Origin: Candidatus Helarchaeota archaeon
Lineage (GTDB): Archaea > Asgardarchaeota > Lokiarchaeia > Helarchaeales > RDOG01
Direction: 5' to 3'
Assembly (NCBI GenBank): GCA_019058315.1
Contig: JAHPZH010000002.1
Location: 32,001 to 96,000, forward strand
Length of the DNA stretch: 64,000 bases
Numbering within the stretch: position 1 is the stretch's first letter; every line of letters begins with the position of its first letter. Shown one piece after another: positions 1 through 8,498 of this stretch. The notes under the pieces are model-generated. The model made no database searches. It saw only the letters and a list, made by a program, of their open reading frames with translations, and was not told the DNA's origin. The position numbers and the translations under genes are program-made.

Positions 1-793
1 TTAAAAAGTCCACATAAGATCCGGAAATTAGAAATAATCCAGCAGTATGAATAGGAACATAACCTTTTATGTAATATTGATAAAGCTCTCGCAGATAACT
101 CCTGATTTCATTGTTTATTATAGCAACTTTTCGCAATCTTGAATCTGTTATAGTAGATCCGGATAAATTCTCTAATGTTGTTATGAAACGATTAAGTTCA
201 GAAATAACTAAATCTAATAAATGAGGGTTAGAAGAATCTCCATAAGGTTTCTCCAGATAAAAAATTGGTTTATTTTTACTAATTCGTTCATAAAATTTTG
301 CAAAATGCACACAGTAATTCCCCTCAAATCCCCCCATAATTAAATCAATGATTGGTAAATTCCTCATAAACGCCCCATAACAGATACGTGTCTGAACACA
401 AGTGTCCATGTAAAATTCTGCTTTCTCAGCTACGTTTATTAGATTAATAAATATCCTTGAGAATTCGTCTCTGTTGAAACTATCTATAAATGCATTTGAC
501 ATTCGATCTTCATTTTGAATATAATATCGTATGAAATGTCTAAGGATATGGAGACGATTAAATACATGTGCAACACCATAATATTGCTCGTAAGGAAACC
601 TCGCTAAGCGTGGTAGGAAGACTGGAAGCGTGTTTTTTGCAGCAAATACTAATTGCATGGGTGGTAAAAACCCCCCAACTATCTTTTTTCCGCGTTTATG
701 GGCATTTGCAATTTTAGAAGGACCAAGTATATATTTAATACCAAGATCAAGCATGCTTTGCATCGAAAAATCTTCAATTTGGTGATTAATCAA
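1..793 (-). CDS. 2-hydroxyacyl-CoA dehydratase family subunit (HgdA/FldB/BcrB-like), partial, runs off the window start
   Basis: Not in the ORF track; translated manually: ...KRGKKIVGGFLPPMQLVFAAKNTLPVFLPRL...DTCVQTRICYG...GNYC..., clearly paralogous to 5800..7035 (KKIVGICLPPCDLIYAFQNTLPIFPLRL; DQCVQIRTIYG). Start is TTG at 793 (overlapping the upstream stop) or ATG at 763. Confidence 0.8.
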   Translation of the reverse strand, partial: MINHQIEDFSMQSMLDLGIKYILGPSKIANAHKRGKKIVGGFLPPMQLVFAAKNTLPVFLPRLARFPYEQYYGVAHVFNRLHILRHFIRYYIQNEDRMSNAFIDSFNRDEFSRIFINLINVAEKAEFYMDTCVQTRICYGAFMRNLPIIDLIMGGFEGNYCVHFAKFYERISKNKPIFYLEKPYGDSSNPHLLDLVISELNRFITTLENLSGSTITDSRLRKVAIINNEIRSYLRELYQYYIKGYVPIHTAGLFLISGSYVDFL

Positions 794-1896
794 ATAATCA
801 TCTCCAAAAATGCCTCTATTCTGGTTTGAATTTGTCCAACAGTCGATTCAGCATAATCTCTGTCTAAGTCCAGAACTGGTATATTTTTTTCAGTCATTTC
901 TTTCCGGAAATCCGTCTTTAAATTTGAATATGAGTCACAGAATTTTAAGGTATGATTGATTATGCCAGAAGCTCGAAATTTTTGATATAACTCTAGAATT
1001 ATCGGAATTCGGGAGTCAGGAATCATTCGACCACATAGATTTCTACAAAGATATCGTGTAGCGAGGGCTCTAAATGGATCTGAATCTGTTATATTCACAT
1101 CTTCAAGAAAATAATCCGAAGAAAAGCAGAGATCATCTGCTACTACCAAACCCCCACAAAGTTCTTCAATAGTCTCTATTAGAGGATCTCCAAGAGTTAT
1201 TACGCTCCCTGTTAAAAAAATTCGGGTTCCCGAATGATTTGGAGGGTTTTTCCTTATTTGCTGTAAAAAATCTTGTAATTTTGGTATCATAAATTTAGGA
1301 CCTAATAATAGAGCTTGACAGACTAATTTGTGAATAGTTTGTCCACAAACTGGAGGATTGGGCTTCTTGCGAAAATCATTTATTTCTCTAAAAAGTGAGC
1401 GAAGTTGATTATATTCTTTGATTGCGACTAAAAGATTTTTGGTAGTAATTTTATTTCCTGTTAATTTTTCAAGATAATTTGTTAGTTTATGTAATTCATT
1501 CAAGTAATAATCAAAAACTAAACCGGTACTACGATGTGGGATAATTATTGGCATAGAAGGTATTTTAAAATATTCTAAATAGTTCGAAACATTCTGAACT
1601 CCATTACAGAATGTTCCAACAATCATTGTATCTATTAATGAATAAAGTGGATGTTGTTTCTCTAAAAAACCAAGAGTTGCTCGACCAAATGGACAAGTTG
1701 TAGCTGATAAATATTGATCTCCAATCTCTTGTTCATCTTCTCCTCCTAAAATAAGTCTTAATGGAATTGCACCTGCAGCTAACACCAATTCATCGGGGAA
1801 AATTCCATGTTGAACAACACCAACGATTTTCGAGCCCTCATCTTTATAATTTTTTAGGACTTCGATTGTCTCCTTTATTATTATTTCTATACTCAT
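790..1896 (-). CDS. 2-hydroxyacyl-CoA dehydratase family subunit (HgdB/FldC/BcrC-like)
   Basis: PDELVLAAGAIPLRL, CPFGRA, GGLVVADDLC, LKFCD and the C-terminal GQIQTRIEAFLE signature. Confidence 0.88.
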   Translation of the reverse strand: MSIEIIIKETIEVLKNYKDEGSKIVGVVQHGIFPDELVLAAGAIPLRLILGGEDEQEIGDQYLSATTCPFGRATLGFLEKQHPLYSLIDTMIVGTFCNGVQNVSNYLEYFKIPSMPIIIPHRSTGLVFDYYLNELHKLTNYLEKLTGNKITTKNLLVAIKEYNQLRSLFREINDFRKKPNPPVCGQTIHKLVCQALLLGPKFMIPKLQDFLQQIRKNPPNHSGTRIFLTGSVITLGDPLIETIEELCGGLVVADDLCFSSDYFLEDVNITDSDPFRALATRYLCRNLCGRMIPDSRIPIILELYQKFRASGIINHTLKFCDSYSNLKTDFRKEMTEKNIPVLDLDRDYAESTVGQIQTRIEAFLEMII

Positions 1897-1963
1897 GATT
1901 TATTTCTAAACCTTCTATAAATTTTCAAAATTATGTAAATATGAATATTTTAAGGTTATATAA

Positions 1964-2017
1964 TTATATATGTTCTAAAAATATTTCTATTTTTGTCCGA
2001 ATTTGGTCTAAATCGCT
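1964..2017 (-). pseudogene. 3'-end remnant of a 2-hydroxyacyl-CoA dehydratase subunit gene
   Basis: Minus strand reads SDLDQIRTKIEIFLEHI*, versus SDLEQIRTRIEAFLETI* at the end of 4683..5792. The codon just upstream is TAA where the intact gene has CAA. Confidence 0.75.
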
Positions 2018-2145
2018 TTATCGCTAGATCTGTTGTTAATCGTCAATTTTTTTAATTTCTTTAGTAATTCTATTTAGACTACAAGTTTGAAAGAATTTGT
2101 CAAGAATCATCTTTTTATTCAGCAAAGACTATTTAAATTACTAAT

Positions 2146-3468
2146 TTGTTTAGAGAAATTATTTACTTCCTATTAGATACCTCAGATTTATTTCAATTAG
2201 ATAGGATGTCATTTAATATGCATGAAAAAAACCTACCTTATATAGTTAATGCGGAATTAATTAGTTCGGATGAAGCGAAACAGGTTAGACGTGAAGCATT
2301 AAATGAATTAAAAATACTTTTGAAAAAAATGACTGCAGATTTAACAAAATTAACAGTTGCTGGTAAAAAAAGCAGTCAAATGAATCTTAATGCATTAAAA
2401 TCGATACAAAACAAATTGGAGGTTCTTAGAGAAGACACAGAGAAAGCTGAAGAGGATAGTTTAAACACCAAAAAGTGGATAGGACAGATCAAAATAATAA
2501 TGAATCTTTTTAATCAAATCAACGATGAGGAATTAAAACCTTCTTTAATTGAACCTGAGACCAATGTATTATTGGTCCAATTTAAGATTGCCTTAATTGC
2601 TGATGCGAATATCATTATTAATAATCCAGATAAGGCTCTAATTGATTATAAGGATTTCACCTTCTCAGGTGAATATGAACGTCTCGGAAAGGAGTTCCAA
2701 ACGTTATTCCCTAAATTTTTTGGGTATCGAGTGGAAATAGATTCCAGATTCCATGGCTTTTCAGTTGATTTGGAGGGAAGTCCTCCAACTATCAATGCTA
2801 TAATAGAATCACCCGTAAAGGCAATCGAACCACTAATAATAGAATTTCTTAATTGGCAACTACGTAAGATTGGGTTTACAATGATATTTGAGTTCACTAT
2901 AATAGACCAAAATGGGATGATTTGTGATATTGATTTTATCGATTCTGAGGATCCTCTTCAAACAATCATAGAATATCAGCAAGAACAAGTCGAACCATCG
3001 AAGATCGATGCAAAGAATCTGAATAAATTCTTAATAGGTCAGTTGAAAACGGAAGTAGATAATAGTTGGAAAAAAACGTCTTATGAAAGAGCAGAGTTTT
3101 ATCCCCCCGCTGGTAAGATTACCATAAAGTCTGTAGGTCAATGGTTGTGGATCAAATCTCAGGTCATATATGGCGGGGTGCGCTGGGATCCTTCAACGGA
3201 TAGGTCTGGTGGGGATTTTGAATCGACAGAAAGATGGTATGATTGGGTCGGGTTCGCAAAATCCGCACCTAAAAAAGTCTCCCACTCTGAAGAATTGGAT
3301 AAATGGGCAGAAATCAAAACCAGTTATTATATTCACAATCTTCTCCATGAAGGACGTAAGATTATCGAAATTACAGAAGGAGGAGAGGTGAAAATTCAGG
3401 TTGATATATTTCGATATCCAAATGTCGAATCTAGTTATGAACAAATAACGTTGAAAAAATCCGAATGA
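2146..3468 (+). CDS. hypothetical protein with N-terminal coiled-coil
   Basis: 440-aa ORF with no recognised family; true start may be ATG 2206 or 2218. Confidence 0.6.
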   Translation: MFREIIYFLLDTSDLFQLDRMSFNMHEKNLPYIVNAELISSDEAKQVRREALNELKILLKKMTADLTKLTVAGKKSSQMNLNALKSIQNKLEVLREDTEKAEEDSLNTKKWIGQIKIIMNLFNQINDEELKPSLIEPETNVLLVQFKIALIADANIIINNPDKALIDYKDFTFSGEYERLGKEFQTLFPKFFGYRVEIDSRFHGFSVDLEGSPPTINAIIESPVKAIEPLIIEFLNWQLRKIGFTMIFEFTIIDQNGMICDIDFIDSEDPLQTIIEYQQEQVEPSKIDAKNLNKFLIGQLKTEVDNSWKKTSYERAEFYPPAGKITIKSVGQWLWIKSQVIYGGVRWDPSTDRSGGDFESTERWYDWVGFAKSAPKKVSHSEELDKWAEIKTSYYIHNLLHEGRKIIEITEGGEVKIQVDIFRYPNVESSYEQITLKKSE

Positions 3469-3528
3469 TTTTTTTTGTAATTACCAGATTCTAGATTAGA
3501 AACAATGGTTAAAATCAAAAAAGATATA

Positions 3529-4644
3529 TTATTCTATTATCTTTTTATGTTTTTTCATTCTTTTACCTGCTAGATATAGTATACAGCAACCTGGGCAGAT
3601 AGACATTAATTTGTGTTGATTCATATAAGAACGGAATATTCGATATTTTTCCCCGTTCCAAATCTCTTCGAAACTATGCTCGTGTAAATTACCCATCACC
3701 AAATCATAAAAAATATGACATGGAGCCAAATCTCCTGAGGCTGTAATATCGAGTCCTACCCAAGGAACTGGGCAAGAACGGTATTTATCGGTCATTTCGT
3801 CCCAATTAGCCCCGAGATAAGCTTTAAGATTTTCAGGAGAGAAGGTGGGTGGTAAAAATAATGTAAATTTTCCGAGTTTTTTTAATTGTTTATTTACTTT
3901 ATTTGCTTGCCGAGCTAGCTCTTTTGTGTCCATTTTATTAAAATATTCAGGAGAACGAACAAATCCTCGCCAATATTCTTCGCTTGTAATCCCTAATTCG
4001 GATCTAAGCATCTCTGCATAAGCAATTCCCATCTTTTTAGTAATAAAATTCTCCATCTGAATTGTTATCCAATTGATAGCTGAAAGATCAAGATCTTTAA
4101 GGAAAAATTGCTCTATATATCGGTAATTTTCAGGAGTCACTGTATAAATGATGCTAATTAAGGGACTTTGTTTTCCAGAATCTTGTTTTTCTTGCTGAAG
4201 GGCTTCAATACCTTCAATAGCCTTACTATAGCTACCATTCCCACGTTGCGAGTCATTTACTTCACGAGGACCGTCAATGGAAACTCTTATAGAATCGAAT
4301 CCAGTTTGAACAAGCATAGCTGCGTGTTTTTTCAAGAGTGTACCATTTGTTGGAGTATCTAAAAATGATCCTGCATCCTTCATTTCTCGAATTATTTCTT
4401 CCAAATGGGGATGCATAAGAGGTTCACCACCAAAAAAACTATAAGAGGGTTTGGCTGGGGCTAAATCGTGAACAACTTGTTTAATTAAATCAAATTCTAG
4501 AATTAATGGTTTTTTATTAGATTCGGGATTAGAATAACAACCTTTTTCACCCCAAAAATAACACATTTTACAACGAAGATTACAAGTCTCCGTAAGTTGG
4601 ATTGCAAGATTTTTAGGTAATTTGACTTTTTTATTTTCTGTCAT
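3529..4644 (-). CDS. radical SAM protein with C-terminal SPASM/Twitch domain
   Basis: CNLRCKMC (CxxxCxxC), GGEP, TNGTLL, VSIDG; C-terminal CPVPW...PCH...GNL...CPGCC. Confidence 0.9.
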   Translation of the reverse strand: MTENKKVKLPKNLAIQLTETCNLRCKMCYFWGEKGCYSNPESNKKPLILEFDLIKQVVHDLAPAKPSYSFFGGEPLMHPHLEEIIREMKDAGSFLDTPTNGTLLKKHAAMLVQTGFDSIRVSIDGPREVNDSQRGNGSYSKAIEGIEALQQEKQDSGKQSPLISIIYTVTPENYRYIEQFFLKDLDLSAINWITIQMENFITKKMGIAYAEMLRSELGITSEEYWRGFVRSPEYFNKMDTKELARQANKVNKQLKKLGKFTLFLPPTFSPENLKAYLGANWDEMTDKYRSCPVPWVGLDITASGDLAPCHIFYDLVMGNLHEHSFEEIWNGEKYRIFRSYMNQHKLMSICPGCCILYLAGKRMKKHKKIIE

Positions 4645-4682
4645 ATTATTTCCGTAAAATTAAATTTTAACAAATTAATATG

Positions 4683-5792
4683 TTATATAGTTTCTAAAAA
4701 TGCTTCTATTCTTGTTCTAATTTGTTCTAAATCGCTTTGGGCATATTCTCTAACAACGGTTAGAACGGGGAATTCTAATTTTTCTTGAAAATACTCTTTA
4801 AATGGATAATTTTTCAGTTGATAAGGATCACAAAATTTCAAGTTGTAATTAATAATACCTAGAGCATTATAAGCTTCGTAAATACCTTTAATAAACTCAA
4901 ATCTTGATGAATCTGGATACATTCTTGCACAAGGTATTTTGGTTAAATATCTTTCAGTTAGGGATTGAATTGGATCGCTATTCATTACGACATTATCCCA
5001 ATAATATCTCATTCCACTGCAAATATCATCTCCAACAACTAAACCATCTAAACTTTCAATAAATTCTACTATATGATCCCCAAATGCAATATTACTTCCA
5101 GAAATAATGACTCTTTTACCATTTAAATTTCGTCTTTTATTTACTAATTGAGGAAAAATCTGACGTAACTTTTGAAGCATCTCTTGTTTTTCATTAAGAA
5201 AAGTCTCTTGGATCAGATATTGACTCTCAGTTCCAGAAATTGGTGGATTATTATTCATTCTTAACTCGTTTATTTTTTTTAACTCCGTCCTCAACTCATT
5301 ATACAATCTTATCGAATTTAAAATATCATCATTTGATATTTTTGAACCAGTAAAAATTTCAATATTTTTCTTAAAAAGTAAAATTTCTTTATAGAAATAT
5401 TTCATTGATGGAGCATCTGTTTTTCTGGGAGTGTCTAAATTAATAACTGGAATTTTTAGATATTTTGAATAATCTTGAATTGACTCCATGCCGTTACAAT
5501 AATTTCCGGTTATCAACAAATCACATTGCGAATAAAGTGGGTGATTATCCAATAAAAATCCCAATGTTGATCGGGCATAGGGACAAGTCCCGACCGACAT
5601 ATATTCTCCACCTTTTAAAACCATATCTTCAACCCCCCCTAAATTTAATCTTAAAGGAAATGCTTTTGAGGCATATATGATTTCCTCAGGGACAAATGAG
5701 CATGTAAAGCCTATAATTTTAATTCCTTCCTTTTTCAAGGTTCGGATTTTTCCAACATATTCATTTAATGATGGCTTTTCAATTATAGGCAA
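4683..5792 (-). CDS. 2-hydroxyacyl-CoA dehydratase family subunit (HgdB/FldC/BcrC-like)
   Basis: CSFVPEEIIYA, CPYARS, GDDICSGMRY, LKFCDPY, QIRTRIEAFLE. Confidence 0.9.
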   Translation of the reverse strand: MPIIEKPSLNEYVGKIRTLKKEGIKIIGFTCSFVPEEIIYASKAFPLRLNLGGVEDMVLKGGEYMSVGTCPYARSTLGFLLDNHPLYSQCDLLITGNYCNGMESIQDYSKYLKIPVINLDTPRKTDAPSMKYFYKEILLFKKNIEIFTGSKISNDDILNSIRLYNELRTELKKINELRMNNNPPISGTESQYLIQETFLNEKQEMLQKLRQIFPQLVNKRRNLNGKRVIISGSNIAFGDHIVEFIESLDGLVVGDDICSGMRYYWDNVVMNSDPIQSLTERYLTKIPCARMYPDSSRFEFIKGIYEAYNALGIINYNLKFCDPYQLKNYPFKEYFQEKLEFPVLTVVREYAQSDLEQIRTRIEAFLETI

Positions 5793-5799
5793 ATTTTAT

Positions 5800-7035
5800 T
5801 TACCCCGTTAACAATTCAATAAATGCTCCAACTCGAGTCTTTAATTGGTCTAAATGCTCTCCAAACATATAAAAATCATTTAAAAGCACGGGAATTCCTA
5901 ATTCTTCCTGAAGCTCATCCTTATATAATCTTGCAGCAGGTGAGAATCGTCTACAACCCCAACATGAATTGTAAATTACCCCATCTATTTTAAAATCTTT
6001 AATAAGCTTTTTAGCAAAACGTAATCTGGGCTGTGTTCTCCAACTATGATAAATTTCTAATTGATGCTTAGCAATATTATTTCTAATATCACCTCGGATA
6101 TTAAGATCTACTTGTGGATATACCCATTCATACCTCATTGTTACAGCTATAATTATACCCCCCAAAGTTTCAACTATGTCTGGTAATTGAGGTTCCATGG
6201 TTCCATTTCCTGCGATTAAAATTCTAGGAGCTTTATCATCAACAATACTATCTCCTCTATCTATTTTTTCAGCCATCTCATCATAAAGGTCATTTAATAA
6301 CCGTTTTAAGAATTGAGGGTCGGAAAACCAATCAAATATTCCATAATTTAAAATATTTATAATTGTGCTAGCATGAATTGGAATAACTTTATTTTTTAGC
6401 AATTCATAGACTTTCCACCATTTGCTTCTAATTTCATTTGACATTAAAACAGAATCTCTTAAATCATCATCAGATGGGCGAAATCCGGTCAAATTTACGA
6501 GTCTTTCAAATAATAAGTCAAATTCATCCCTCATTTTTTCAAAATCATGTTCTCTAGTTTTATGAGGTGCATCAACAAGCTGGACTGGAAGAAAATTTTC
6601 GTTAATTATTTCCCAAATTTTGGTTTGTTTATCACATGTTTGGGGTCCAATCCAAAAATCCATTAGATCCTTTGTAAGTAATATACAACCGTAAATAGTC
6701 CTTATCTGAACACATTGATCAGTCTCACATCCAAATGCTTCCCCTTCATTGACTGCATTTTTAAGACTAATATCAGCATTACTCAAAGCATCAAAGGTTC
6801 CCAAATGTAATCTAAGTGGAAAAATCGGTAATGTATTTTGAAAAGCATAGATTAAATCACAAGGAGGTAAACATATACCTACAATTTTTTTACCTTTACG
6901 CCTATTTTTCTTAATAAAAGATCGTGTATTTATCCAATGACTGATTAGATCCCTAACAGCTTTAAAATTATTAATATCCTTCATTATCCCTAATTCTGTT
7001 TCTATATCTTTAAACAAATCAGTCAAATGTAACAT
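5800..7035 (-). CDS. 2-hydroxyacyl-CoA dehydratase family subunit (HgdA/FldB/BcrB-like)
   Basis: TCD, IDGVIYNSCWGCR, LGIPVL, QLKTRVGAFIELL. Confidence 0.85.
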   Translation of the reverse strand: MLHLTDLFKDIETELGIMKDINNFKAVRDLISHWINTRSFIKKNRRKGKKIVGICLPPCDLIYAFQNTLPIFPLRLHLGTFDALSNADISLKNAVNEGEAFGCETDQCVQIRTIYGCILLTKDLMDFWIGPQTCDKQTKIWEIINENFLPVQLVDAPHKTREHDFEKMRDEFDLLFERLVNLTGFRPSDDDLRDSVLMSNEIRSKWWKVYELLKNKVIPIHASTIINILNYGIFDWFSDPQFLKRLLNDLYDEMAEKIDRGDSIVDDKAPRILIAGNGTMEPQLPDIVETLGGIIIAVTMRYEWVYPQVDLNIRGDIRNNIAKHQLEIYHSWRTQPRLRFAKKLIKDFKIDGVIYNSCWGCRRFSPAARLYKDELQEELGIPVLLNDFYMFGEHLDQLKTRVGAFIELLTG

Positions 7036-7180
7036 AAGAATTACCTAATTGTTAACAATTTTTTCAGTTTTTTAGAATATTGTTTTATAATCGTAAATTT
7101 TCTTAGTATATAACATAAGTAAAATCAATTTTACCTCTTTCATCAAAAATTTTTATATAATGCGCATTACAATAAAAATA

Positions 7181-7294
7181 ATGATGAGTTATAACAATCA
7201 TTTATCAGAAAAAGAATTTGAAGATTTCTTCGAGAAGGGGTTAGAAGATTTAAAGAAAGATCTATCTAAAGGAAAAAATAACGTTAAAAAATGA
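7181..7294 (+). CDS. putative 37-aa small protein
   Basis: MMSYNNHLSEKEFEDFFEKGLEDLKKDLSKGKNNVKK*; amphipathic-helix-like, with TATA-like TTTTATATAA at 7151-7160. Confidence 0.4.
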   Translation: MMSYNNHLSEKEFEDFFEKGLEDLKKDLSKGKNNVKK

Positions 7295-7324
7295 TTAAAT
7301 AAAGATTCATATATGATTTACCTA

Positions 7325-8308
7325 TTATTTAGGATATTTATGCTTTTTTTCTTTAGATTTGTATATTATTCTTGCTAATTCTTTAAAAGCTTTTTCAACA
7401 TTCTCCCCAGTCTTTGCTGACGTTTCTATATAAAGATAACCTTTTTCTTTTGAAAAGTTTTCTGCTATTTCTTGTGAGACTTTACGTTCAAGATCAATTT
7501 TATTACCAACAAGTAGAACTGGAATTTCACCGAGATTCTCATAAAGTTCATTTATCCATTTAGGAATATGTTCGAAACTTTTAGGATCTGTAACATCATA
7601 AACCACAAGACATCCTGAGGCTTCTTGATAATACATTTTTCGCAAAGTTCCATATTTCTCCTGCCCTCCAGTATCCCATACATTCATTTTTGCTGTAATT
7701 TTTTCAACACCTGGCATAGGTTCAGTTCTATAATAGTGAAATTGAAGTTCCTTTACACCAAAATCTACGCCAAGTGTACTTTTTAAATCCTTTTTAAAAT
7801 AATCGTCAGTAAATCTAACTTTAATAGCTGTTTTTCCAACACCCGAATCCCCTGTTTCAATAATCTTGAAATTGAATACACTTCGGGCAACTATCATCGC
7901 TTCTCTTTCTGCCCATTCTTTGATTTTATCACCTTTTATAAGGTCATTTAAATCTTTTTCTAAATTTGATGGTTGTATTATTAAAAAATATCCTTTTTCA
8001 TAGGTATTTTCACTCAAATATTTTAAAGCGTCTAAATTTAAATCCTTGATATCTCCTGTTACAGGGCTATTGAATGTCACCATTCCATGTTCTGACTCAA
8101 TTGCAGCAAAAGGTTTTCCTTTTTCAACTCGATCTTTTTTAATAAAATCAATATCTCTTGCGTTTCCAATAAAATCAATTCCTAACTCATTTAACCCAAT
8201 TTTGCCATTTTCTGGATTAATATAAACGTGTTGAATTGTATAGGCTAAATCATCAGGAATTTCGTAACGTCCATCACCAACAATAACCATTTCTTTCTTT
8301 TCTCCCAT
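7325..8308 (-). CDS. fusion of a glycine-cleavage-H (lipoyl-carrier)-like domain and a Rab-like small GTPase
   Basis: N-terminus IPDDLAYTIQH...IGL...GKPFAAIESEHG...SPVTG...YEKGY matches the GcvH pattern. C-terminus has G1 GDSGVGKT, LGVDF, G3 WDTGGQE, G4 NKID, G5 ETSAK. Confidence 0.85.
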   Translation of the reverse strand: MGEKKEMVIVGDGRYEIPDDLAYTIQHVYINPENGKIGLNELGIDFIGNARDIDFIKKDRVEKGKPFAAIESEHGMVTFNSPVTGDIKDLNLDALKYLSENTYEKGYFLIIQPSNLEKDLNDLIKGDKIKEWAEREAMIVARSVFNFKIIETGDSGVGKTAIKVRFTDDYFKKDLKSTLGVDFGVKELQFHYYRTEPMPGVEKITAKMNVWDTGGQEKYGTLRKMYYQEASGCLVVYDVTDPKSFEHIPKWINELYENLGEIPVLLVGNKIDLERKVSQEIAENFSKEKGYLYIETSAKTGENVEKAFKELARIIYKSKEKKHKYPK

Positions 8309-8498
8309 TATTTTTATGGTTCATTTTATTTATATCATTAAAATAGATTAGCATAACAATTTTGACATTCTTTACAATATTTCAATTATATTGCAATGTT
8401 ATAATGTTTTAAATATTAAGTTTTTTGATTACTAATAAGATTTATTTTATAGAATTTAGGTTAAATTTATATCAAATGATGTAAAAGAGGCATGAAAT

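Noticed and set aside
3529-4644. Anaerobic sulfatase-maturating enzyme for the sulfatases at 54-57 kb
   Set aside because: It is 50 kb away and has fewer C-terminal Cys than a full two-cluster anSME SPASM domain; no specific support.
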